A stretch of 64,000 nucleotides of DNA, from assembly GCA_036489235.1 (NCBI GenBank), contig DASXGC010000073.1, positions 1,095-65,094 of the forward strand, read 5' to 3'. The notes below the pieces were generated by a model. That model ran no database searches. It was not told the DNA's origin and saw only the letters and a program-made list of their open reading frames with translations. This document shows, piece by piece, positions 26,829 to 33,680 of the stretch. Within the stretch, counting starts at the first letter, position 1; each line of letters starts with the position of its first letter. The translations under genes were made by a program, and so were the position numbers. Source of the stretch: Vicinamibacterales bacterium (GTDB lineage: Bacteria; Acidobacteriota; Vicinamibacteria; Vicinamibacterales; CAVVIG01).

Positions 26829-27776
26829 CTACTTTTTGATCTGTTCGATGATGGCCTTGGCCTGCGCCGCTTCAGGTGCCGCGGGGTCGGTGGCGATCGT
26901 TTTCTCCAGCAGCTTGACCGCGCCGTCCTTATCGCCCTTGTTCAAGGCGACCAGCCCCAGCTTGAAGATGGGTTTGCCCCAGGTCGGATCCATGTCGGTG
27001 GCGCGCTGGTACAGCCTGGCCGCTTCGTCGGTCTCGTTCTTGGCGAATTTCACCTCGCCGAGGTTGTAGAACACTTCGCGCGTCGCCGCGGGGCCCTGCG
27101 ACGCCTTCGTGAGCGTGTCCTCGGCGCCCTTCAGATCGCCCTTCTCGAGATCGGTCATGCCGATGCCGATGGTGGCTTTCTCATTGCCCGGGTCGACCTT
27201 CAGGATCTCGTTGTAAGCGGCGAGCGCGCTGTCGTAGTCCTTCTTGTTTCGATACGCCGCGGCAATCTGCAGGTTGATCGCGCTGAGGGCCGGCGCCTTG
27301 GTGAGGATCGCCCGGTAGGCGGCGATCGACTCGTCCCAGTGCTGACCGTTGTAGAGCGCATCAGCCGCGGCCAGTTCGGCCTGCAGATCCTTCGGCGTCA
27401 TGCTTCCGAGGGCGCCGACCGGCGCCGGGCCGCTCTTCTTCAAGGTGAAGGTGAGCGGCGGATTCGGCGCGCCGATGGTCTGGACGTTCAGCTGGGCGGC
27501 CTCGCGGCCGAAGCCCGGCGCCTGCGCGGTGAACGACCAGCTGCCGGTACGCAGCCCGATCATCGAGAAACGTCCCTTGTCGTCGGTAGTGGCGGTGAAA
27601 CTGCTCGGAGAGGCCGCCGGATTTTCGGCTGTCACAGTCGCGCCCTTGAGCGCCTGGCCGGTATCGTCCTTCACCGTGCCGCCAATGCGGCCGGTCTGTG
27701 CGATTGCGTTGAGGGAAAAGGCCGCGGTAAAACACACGGCCAGCGCGATTTTAAACACTGAGAAACGCTGCCTCAT
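26829..27776 (-). CDS. Secreted CarboxypepD_reg-like domain fused to TPR repeats
   Basis: 315 aa with a signal peptide (...SLNAIAQ). N-terminal signature GRIGGTVKDDTGQALKGATVTAENP...DDKGRFSMIGLRTGSWSFTAQAPGF, followed by TPR repeats (IAAYRAILTKAPALSAINLQIAAAYRNKKDYDSALAAYNEILKVDPGN...). Confidence 0.75.
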   Translation of the reverse strand: MRQRFSVFKIALAVCFTAAFSLNAIAQTGRIGGTVKDDTGQALKGATVTAENPAASPSSFTATTDDKGRFSMIGLRTGSWSFTAQAPGFGREAAQLNVQTIGAPNPPLTFTLKKSGPAPVGALGSMTPKDLQAELAAADALYNGQHWDESIAAYRAILTKAPALSAINLQIAAAYRNKKDYDSALAAYNEILKVDPGNEKATIGIGMTDLEKGDLKGAEDTLTKASQGPAATREVFYNLGEVKFAKNETDEAARLYQRATDMDPTWGKPIFKLGLVALNKGDKDGAVKLLEKTIATDPAAPEAAQAKAIIEQIKK

Positions 27777-27784
27777 AGTCGGTC

Positions 27785-27794
27785 AGTATATATT
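27785..27794. promoter_or_regulatory. Back-to-back -10-like hexamers in a 25-bp divergent gap (possible leaderless promoters)
   Basis: The only AT-rich core in the gap is AGTATATATT. It reads TATATT on the + strand (27789-27794), 7 nt before GTG 27802. It reads TATACT on the - strand (27790-27785), 8 nt before ATG 27776. Neither start has a Shine-Dalgarno sequence. Confidence 0.35.
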
Positions 27795-27801
27795 GAATCC
27801 C

Positions 27802-30237
27802 GTGAGGCGAAACGCGGCTGCAGTGGCTCTTGCGGTCGTCATTGTGGCCGGCCGGCCGGCGGCACAGACGGGCGTCGGCGCGACTCCGCCAGCCAGCGAA
27901 TCGGCCCAGGCATTCGCGCCGATCGCGCCGCTGGTCGACGCCGCCATCGCTCGCCACGAACTCCCCGGTGCGGTCGTGCTCATCGGCCGCGGCGACACCA
28001 TCCGCTATCAACACGCGTTCGGACAGCGCGCCGTGCTCCCGGTCCCGGAGCCGATGACCGAGGACACTATTTTCGATCTGGCCTCGCTCACCAAAGTTGT
28101 CGCCACGACGACCAGCGTGATGATGCTGGTCGAACAGGGACGGATCAGGCTGACCGATCCGGTATTTCAGTTCATCCCTGGTTTCGAGGCGCACGAGAAG
28201 CGCGGCATCACCATCCGTCACCTGCTGACCCACACCTCGGGCCTGCGTCCGGATCTCGAGCTCGAGGTGGAGTTTCACGGCGCCGACGAGGCGATCCGCC
28301 GGGCCAGCGACGAGACGCCGACCTCGCTTCCGGGCGAACGATTCGTCTACAGCGACATCAATTTCTTTCTGCTCGGGGACATCGTGCGGCGGGTCAGCGG
28401 CGAGCCTCTCGATCGATTCGCTGCCGAGCACATTTTTCAACCCTTGGAGATGAATGACACCGGCTTCCTTCCGCCGCCGGCCAGGCGTCCGAGAATCGCG
28501 CCGACCGAGCGGTGCGTGGCGCTCGAATGGCCGTGTGCCGCCATCGCCGGAGTCGACCGACCGTTTCTGCGCGGGGTTGTTCACGATCCGACCGCCCGGC
28601 GGATGGACGGAGTTGCCGGCCACGCCGGGCTCTTCAGTACAGCCGCCGATCTCTCTCGCTTCTGCCGCATGCTGCTCGCTGGCGGCCGGCTCGGCAGCGT
28701 CCGGATCCTGTCGCCAGCGACGGTGGCGCGGATGACGCTGCCGTCCACGCCGATCGGCATGCGCGACGTCCGCGGCCTCGGCTGGGACATCGATTCGTCA
28801 TATTCCGCGAACCGCGGCGAACTGTTTCCCATCGGATCGTTCGGCCATACCGGTTTCACCGGCACGTCGCTGTGGCTGGATCCTGCGTCGAAGAGTTATG
28901 TCGTGTTCCTGTCGAACCGCGTGCATCCCGACGGCAAGGGCGATGTGACGCCGCTGCGGGGACGCGTTGCCACCGTCGCCGCCGCCGCGCTGCTGTCGTC
29001 TGACGACATCGGGTCGGCTGCCGCGCAAAACGAGGCAGCGCACGTGGCGCAGGCCACCTCGCGTGACGAAAGGTCCACGGTGCCGGCGACGAGCCGCACG
29101 GCGCCGCACCAGGTACTGGCCGGCGTTGACGTACTCGTCGCGGACGATTTCGCCGTCCTGCGCGGAAAACGGATTGGTCTGCTGACGAATCAGACCGGCC
29201 AGTCACGCCGCGGCGAGAGCACGATCGACCTGCTCGCACACGCTCCCGGCGTGTCGCTGACCGCACTGTTCAGCCCGGAGCACGGGATCCGGGGCGAACT
29301 GGACGACAAGGTCGCCTCTTCGAAGGACGAACCAACCGGGTTGCCGATTTATTCGCTCTACGGCGACACCCGGCGCCCGACTCGAGCGATGCTGGGCGGT
29401 CTCGATGCGATCGTCGTTGACCTGCAGGACATCGGCGCGCGCTTCTACACATTCCCCGCCACAGTTGGCTACGTCATCGAAGAAGCTGCCCGGGCCCACG
29501 TCGCCGTCATCGTCCTTGACCGGCCGAACCCGATCGACGGCGTGGCGGTCGAGGGTCCGAACCAGGATCCGACGGCGGTCGGGTTCAACGGTTACCTGCC
29601 GATGCCGATTCGCCACGGGCTGACCATTGGCGAGCTGGCCCGCCTCTTCAACGGGGAGAAGGCGATCGGCGCCGCCTTGACTGTGGTGCCGCTCAAGAAC
29701 TGGCGGCGCGACGACTGGTTCGACGAAACCGGATTGCGATGGGCCAACCCGTCGCCCAATATGCGAACGATGCTGGCCGCAACCGTCTATCCCGGCATCG
29801 GCGCCCTCGAAGGCACCAATATTTCGATCGGCCGCGGTACCGACACGCCATTCGAGCAAATTGGTGCGCCGTGGATCGACGCGACCGCGCTGGCGATGGC
29901 GCTGAACGCTGCGGCGATGCCCGGCGTGCGCTTTTATCCGGTGACCTTCACGCCGGCCGCAGGAGCCAAACTCGGCGGACAGGCCTGTCATGGGGTGTTC
30001 CTGGTCGTCACCGATCGCGACCGCCTTCGGCCAGTCGCCATGGGCGTCGAGATCGCGTCCGCGCTGTCACGCCTCTACGGACCGCAATTCAAGCTGGAGG
30101 ACGCCGCGCTGCTTCTGGGATCGAAGGCGAGCATCGCGAAAATCCGTGCCGGTGAAAGCTCCGCGTCGATCACGGCATCGTGGTCCGCCGATGAAACGCG
30201 CTGGCGCACGATCCGCGCAAAATACACGTTGTACTGA
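27802..30237 (+). CDS. Fusion protein: serine beta-lactamase-fold hydrolase (AmiE/AmpH-like) + DUF1343/NamZ-like exo-beta-N-acetylmuramidase domain
   Basis: The start is uncertain (GTG 27802 or TTG 27793). The ORF-track start 27400 lies antisense inside the neighbouring gene. A signal-like N-terminus is followed by the SxxK motif (DLASLTKVV), YSD and the HTG box (FGHTGFTG). The C-terminal ~380 aa have the DUF1343 pattern (LAGVDVLVADDFAVLRGKRIGLLTNQTGQ..., LFSPEHGIRG, IVVDLQDIGARFYT). Confidence 0.8.
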   Translation: MRRNAAAVALAVVIVAGRPAAQTGVGATPPASESAQAFAPIAPLVDAAIARHELPGAVVLIGRGDTIRYQHAFGQRAVLPVPEPMTEDTIFDLASLTKVVATTTSVMMLVEQGRIRLTDPVFQFIPGFEAHEKRGITIRHLLTHTSGLRPDLELEVEFHGADEAIRRASDETPTSLPGERFVYSDINFFLLGDIVRRVSGEPLDRFAAEHIFQPLEMNDTGFLPPPARRPRIAPTERCVALEWPCAAIAGVDRPFLRGVVHDPTARRMDGVAGHAGLFSTAADLSRFCRMLLAGGRLGSVRILSPATVARMTLPSTPIGMRDVRGLGWDIDSSYSANRGELFPIGSFGHTGFTGTSLWLDPASKSYVVFLSNRVHPDGKGDVTPLRGRVATVAAAALLSSDDIGSAAAQNEAAHVAQATSRDERSTVPATSRTAPHQVLAGVDVLVADDFAVLRGKRIGLLTNQTGQSRRGESTIDLLAHAPGVSLTALFSPEHGIRGELDDKVASSKDEPTGLPIYSLYGDTRRPTRAMLGGLDAIVVDLQDIGARFYTFPATVGYVIEEAARAHVAVIVLDRPNPIDGVAVEGPNQDPTAVGFNGYLPMPIRHGLTIGELARLFNGEKAIGAALTVVPLKNWRRDDWFDETGLRWANPSPNMRTMLAATVYPGIGALEGTNISIGRGTDTPFEQIGAPWIDATALAMALNAAAMPGVRFYPVTFTPAAGAKLGGQACHGVFLVVTDRDRLRPVAMGVEIASALSRLYGPQFKLEDAALLLGSKASIAKIRAGESSASITASWSADETRWRTIRAKYTLY

Positions 30238-30243
30238 ATTGAA

Positions 30244-30266
30244 GAATCGAGTGCCTGGCTCGATTC
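30244..30266. terminator. Hairpin between convergent genes (weak terminator candidate)
   Basis: GAATCGAG-TGCCTGG-CTCGATTC is an 8-bp stem with no clear T-run. It overlaps the DUF420 stop codon. Confidence 0.3.
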
Positions 30267-30690
30267 AGAGCAGCCAGGTCGGCTGATACAGCAACACGTA
30301 GACGAGCACTCCGGTCACCGACACGTACATCCAGATCGGAAACGTCCAGCGCGCGATGCGCCGATGCTGTGCGAATCGTCCCTTCAGTCCCCGCGTCAGC
30401 GTGATGATCGCCAGAGGGACGACCGTTGCGGCGAGCGTGACGTGCGTGATCAGAATCGTGAAATACAACGGGCGCACGAAACCCTGGCGGACGAACCGCA
30501 CCGATCCCACCTGCGCGTGATAAACGAGATAACACACCAGGAACAGCGACGAGGTGATGAATGCCGAAATCATCACCTTGCGGTGCAGCTCGATGCGACG
30601 CATCCGGATTAACACGTAGCCGATCGCGAGCAGGATGCCGGAGAGGCCGTTCAGCGTGGCGTTGACCGCTGGCAGGTCGTGAACCGTCAC
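30265..30690 (-). CDS. DUF420-family membrane protein (cytochrome oxidase-associated)
   Basis: 141 aa from GTG 30690, which overlaps the ctaB stop as GTGA. DUF420-type pattern VNATLNGLSGILLAIGYVLIRMRRIELHRKVMISAFITSSLFLVCYLVYH, with 4 TM helices. The ORF-track start 30804 lies inside ctaB. Confidence 0.75.
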   Translation of the reverse strand: MTVHDLPAVNATLNGLSGILLAIGYVLIRMRRIELHRKVMISAFITSSLFLVCYLVYHAQVGSVRFVRQGFVRPLYFTILITHVTLAATVVPLAIITLTRGLKGRFAQHRRIARWTFPIWMYVSVTGVLVYVLLYQPTWLL

Positions 30691-31598
30691 CGATGATCGC
30701 CCATCATCACGATCCACAACAGCGGCAGGTAGGTGATCGATCCGAGGAACAGCGCCCGCGCAGTGGCCTCGTTGCGCACGTTGGCAAATCGAACGGCCAG
30801 CCACAGGATTCCTGCGCCGAGCACAAGCGCGACGGCCAGATACGCGTTGCCGGCAAGTCCGTTGAACGCCGGGTCGAAGCTGGCGATCACCAGCAGAATT
30901 CCCCAGTAGACCGCCTGCTTACCCGCGCGCTTGCCCTCGGGGTCGATCACCGGGAGCATCGGAAATCCGGCCAGACCGTAGTCTTCCCGGTAGAGCCAGG
31001 CGATCGCCATGAAATGCGGCAGCTGCCAGCAGAACAGGATCGCAAAGAGCGCCGCCCCGCCGCGATCGATGCTGCCGTGCGAGGCCGTCCAGCCGATCAG
31101 CGCCGGCAGCGCGCCCGGCAGCGCGCCGACAATCGTGGACAGCGGCGTGCGGAGCTTCATCGGCGTGTAGATCGCCAGATATGTGATCAGCGTGAGGAAT
31201 GCCAGGAGCGTTGACAGCCAGTTGGTGCGCGCGGCGAGCAATGCGAGTCCGCCGATTGACAGCGCAATTCCGAAGATGCGCGCGTCGGCTGGCGCGATGC
31301 GGCCGGCCGGCAGCGGGCGCATCCGGGTACGTCGCATCAACCCATCGGTATCGCGCTCGTAGAGCTGATTCAGTGCGGCCGCTCCGGCCGCGACCAGCGC
31401 AATGCCCACCACCGCCTCGGTCATCGCAACGAAGTCGATGACGGTGGTTGCGCCCAGGTAGTAGGCAACCGCGCTTCCTGCGACGACCAGAGAATTCAGG
31501 CGCGGCTTGGTGAGCGCGACGTAGTCGTTGATCGCGCTCGACACGCGAGGCGTCGCGGCCATCGGCAACGAGGCGGCCTCGGCCGGCGTGTTTTTCAC
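30687..31598 (-). CDS. ctaB: Protoheme IX farnesyltransferase (heme O synthase)
   Basis: UbiA-family polytopic protein (YVALTKPRLNSLVV, DRDTDGLMRRTRMRPLP). GTG start 31598 overlaps the ctaA stop; ATG 31562 is an alternative. Confidence 0.9.
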   Translation of the reverse strand: MKNTPAEAASLPMAATPRVSSAINDYVALTKPRLNSLVVAGSAVAYYLGATTVIDFVAMTEAVVGIALVAAGAAALNQLYERDTDGLMRRTRMRPLPAGRIAPADARIFGIALSIGGLALLAARTNWLSTLLAFLTLITYLAIYTPMKLRTPLSTIVGALPGALPALIGWTASHGSIDRGGAALFAILFCWQLPHFMAIAWLYREDYGLAGFPMLPVIDPEGKRAGKQAVYWGILLVIASFDPAFNGLAGNAYLAVALVLGAGILWLAVRFANVRNEATARALFLGSITYLPLLWIVMMGDHR

Positions 31599-32686
31599 GC
31601 GTGCGCCCCGGAGACAGTCGTCGGCGTCGTTTTGGTGCAGGTGGCATGAGCGCCACCGAGGGACGTTGGGGTGGAGCTTCCCCCACCAACAGGCCGAGCA
31701 AGCTCGGCCTCTACGGCGCTAACAGGCCGAGCAAGCTCGGCCTCTACGGCGCTAACAGACCGAGCAAGCTTGGCCACTACGGCGGCCGGCTCGGATGCGA
31801 ACTTCACGCGCCAACTGCGCAGCGTGATAACCAGCGACGTCGTCAGCACCAGCGCGCCGCAGACGACGTGGAAACTGTTGATCCAGACGTCGCGGGCGGT
31901 GAGCACGGTCAGCGCGCCGAGCGTCACCTGCGTTGCGACCAGCGCCGCGATCAGCATCGCCGGCTTCGTCAACTCAGGCCGATCGCGGTGGCGCGACCGG
32001 ATCCACGTGCACAGTCCGACGCTGCAGACGGTGACGAGGAGTGCGCCGACGCGGTGCGTGAAATGAATCGCGATTTTCGCGGACCAGTGATCCGGCACGA
32101 GGTGGCCGAACATCCACGGGAAGTCCGGTATCGCCAGGCCGGCGCCGGTGTGGCGCATCGTCGCACCGACGAGAATCTGGGTGTAGATCAGCGCCGTCGT
32201 CGTGGTGGCGATCCGGCGAAGCGTCGGGTCGTCTACCGCCTTGTTGTCGGCGATCCAACGTGGCGACGTGAACAGCGCAATCGCCACGGTCATGCAGAAG
32301 AAAATCTCAGCCAGCCCAGCGTGCGCGGTCGAGATGGCGGCTGGCAGGTAGAAGAGGACGGTGAGGCCGCCCAGCAGTCCCTGCGCCACGACTGAGCCGA
32401 GCGCCGCGACACCGAACCATCGGACCCAGCGCCGCGGGTCCGCGAACCACAGCCACGCCGCCATGATGATGGTGAGGAAGCCAACGCTGCTCGCGATCAG
32501 CCGGTGCCCGTGTTCGTAAAGGATATTGGCAACCCACATCGACGGCGGGAACGTGAACATGTTCCAACCGTAGCTCGTGGGCCAGTCGGGAACCGACAGC
32601 CCTGCGTCGTGACTCGTGACGAGGCTGCCCGCCAGAATCAACAGGACCGTGCAGGCGACGAGGAATTTCGAAAAGCGGTGAAGCAT
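31595..32686 (-). CDS. ctaA: Heme A synthase (COX15/CtaA family) with a repeat-containing C-terminal tail
   Basis: Eight-TM protein with His-bearing motifs (EHGHRLIASS, HFTHRVGALL). ATG 32686 (MLHRFSKF...) is preferred to ORF-track start 32743, which lies in a repeat region. Its stop overlaps the ctaB start (GTGA 31595-31598). Confidence 0.85.
   Translation of the reverse strand: MLHRFSKFLVACTVLLILAGSLVTSHDAGLSVPDWPTSYGWNMFTFPPSMWVANILYEHGHRLIASSVGFLTIIMAAWLWFADPRRWVRWFGVAALGSVVAQGLLGGLTVLFYLPAAISTAHAGLAEIFFCMTVAIALFTSPRWIADNKAVDDPTLRRIATTTTALIYTQILVGATMRHTGAGLAIPDFPWMFGHLVPDHWSAKIAIHFTHRVGALLVTVCSVGLCTWIRSRHRDRPELTKPAMLIAALVATQVTLGALTVLTARDVWINSFHVVCGALVLTTSLVITLRSWRVKFASEPAAVVAKLARSVSAVEAELARPVSAVEAELARPVGGGSSTPTSLGGAHATCTKTTPTTVSGAHA
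31688..31786. repeat. 33-bp tandem repeat, 3 copies, each with an internal palindrome, in frame within the ctaA 3' end
   Basis: AACAGGCCGAGCAAGCTCGGCCTCTACGGCGCT occurs identically at 31688-31720 and 31721-31753. A diverged third copy lies at 31754-31786. Each unit carries GGCCGAGC-AA-GCTCGGCC. Confidence 0.9.
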
Positions 32687-32692
32687 TTCTGA

Positions 32693-32788
32693 ATGGCTGA
32701 TGGCTGATGGCTGATGGCTAAAGGCTAACGGCGAATGGCGCATCGACCCGGATGGTCAATCGAACCATAGCCATCAGCCATCAGCCAT
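32693..32788. repeat. Heptamer array plus perfect 21-bp inverted repeat in the cupredoxin-ctaA intercistronic region
   Basis: GGCTGAT x3 degenerates into GGCTAAA GGCTAAC GGCGAAT GGCGCAT (32695-32743). ATGGCTGATGGCTGATGGCTA (32700-32720) is the exact reverse complement of TAGCCATCAGCCATCAGCCAT (32768-32788), with a 47-nt spacer. Confidence 0.9.
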
Positions 32789-32832
32789 GACGCGCGTTCT
32801 TAGTCCTCAGCCATGACGTGCGTTCTTAGTTC
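32781..32832. repeat. 26-bp tandem duplication that includes the stop codon of the cupredoxin gene
   Basis: TCAGCCATGACGCGCGTTCTTAGTCC (32781-32806) is followed by TCAGCCATGACGTGCGTTCTTAGTTC (32807-32832), with 2 mismatches. The second copy holds the real stop (32826-32828). Confidence 0.85.
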
Positions 32833-33629
32833 GTAGCGACAGCCACCGGCTTGAACGTGAAGGTGACGTCCTTCGACTCTTTCGCGCCGATCGTCACGCT
32901 CGCCGTCTGTGCGCCGAGCTTCTCGTGCCACGCTTCGAGCGTGTAGGTTCCGGGCGGCAGATCCTTCAGGTCGAACTTGCCGTCCTTGTCGGTGACCGCA
33001 AAGTACGGGTGGCTGACGACGCCGACGTAGGCATTCATCCAGCCGTGCACGTCGCACTTGAACGGCACCATGATTTCCTGGGCGGTGAAGGTGTGGGTCA
33101 TCTTCATGCCCTGAATCGGCTGGCCATTGTTGAATTCCTGGTTGGCCTTGGGCATCGCGTGGATGTTGTGCAGCGTCGGATCGCTATTGACGATTTCGAG
33201 CGGCTGACCGACGCGCATCCCGAACACGTGCGGATGATAGCGGCACTCTTTCTGGTCGATGGTCGCCGGCGTGGTCGGCACGTCGAAGGAGTAGTTGCCA
33301 AGGCCGTCCTTGACGTAGACGAACACGTTGGCGAGCTTGCCGTCCGCGACCTCGTAGGTCTCCTGCGTCTGCGGCGTCTTGTTCTCACGCATGCAGACCG
33401 GATCGGCGTTCATCTTGATCGGTTCGTTGTTCGGCGCGGTGCCGTCAAGCGAGACCACGCCCTTGACTTCTCCGGTCGTCGCGGGATCAACCTTCTGTCC
33501 ACCGCCGGCCGCCGCGGACGCCGCCGCCGTGTCGGCGGCCTTGCTCTCCGAACTTCCACCACCGCACGCGACGACGGTGGTCGCGAGCGCAATTCCGAGG
33601 ACACCGACCCAAGCGTTACGTAGGCGCAT
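32826..33629 (-). CDS. Cupredoxin (type-1 copper, amicyanin-like loop) lipoprotein with C-terminal CarboxypepD_reg-like beta-sandwich
   Basis: 267 aa with a GAGGAG RBS and lipobox (TTVVAC). Candidate T1Cu ligands are His in TLHNIHA and C-x2-H-x2-M in FKCDVHGWM. The C-terminal segment is DKDGKFDLKDLPPGTYTLEAWH. Confidence 0.7.
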   Translation of the reverse strand: MRLRNAWVGVLGIALATTVVACGGGSSESKAADTAAASAAAGGGQKVDPATTGEVKGVVSLDGTAPNNEPIKMNADPVCMRENKTPQTQETYEVADGKLANVFVYVKDGLGNYSFDVPTTPATIDQKECRYHPHVFGMRVGQPLEIVNSDPTLHNIHAMPKANQEFNNGQPIQGMKMTHTFTAQEIMVPFKCDVHGWMNAYVGVVSHPYFAVTDKDGKFDLKDLPPGTYTLEAWHEKLGAQTASVTIGAKESKDVTFTFKPVAVATN

Positions 33630-33680
33630 TCAAAATCTCCTCAAAACAAAAAGGACTGTAAGTCAGAACAACAGACCATT

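Noticed and set aside
27400-27801. N-terminal 134 codons of ORF 27400..30237 as part of the beta-lactamase-fold/NamZ protein
   Set aside because: This stretch is antisense to the well-supported 26829..27776 gene, and the translated sequence has no domain signal. A signal-peptide-like sequence begins at GTG 27802.
31688-31786. Possible CRISPR array or minisatellite
   Set aside because: The units are directly adjacent with no spacers, there are only three copies, no cas genes are present, and the repeat is in frame inside ctaA. It is reported as a tandem repeat instead.
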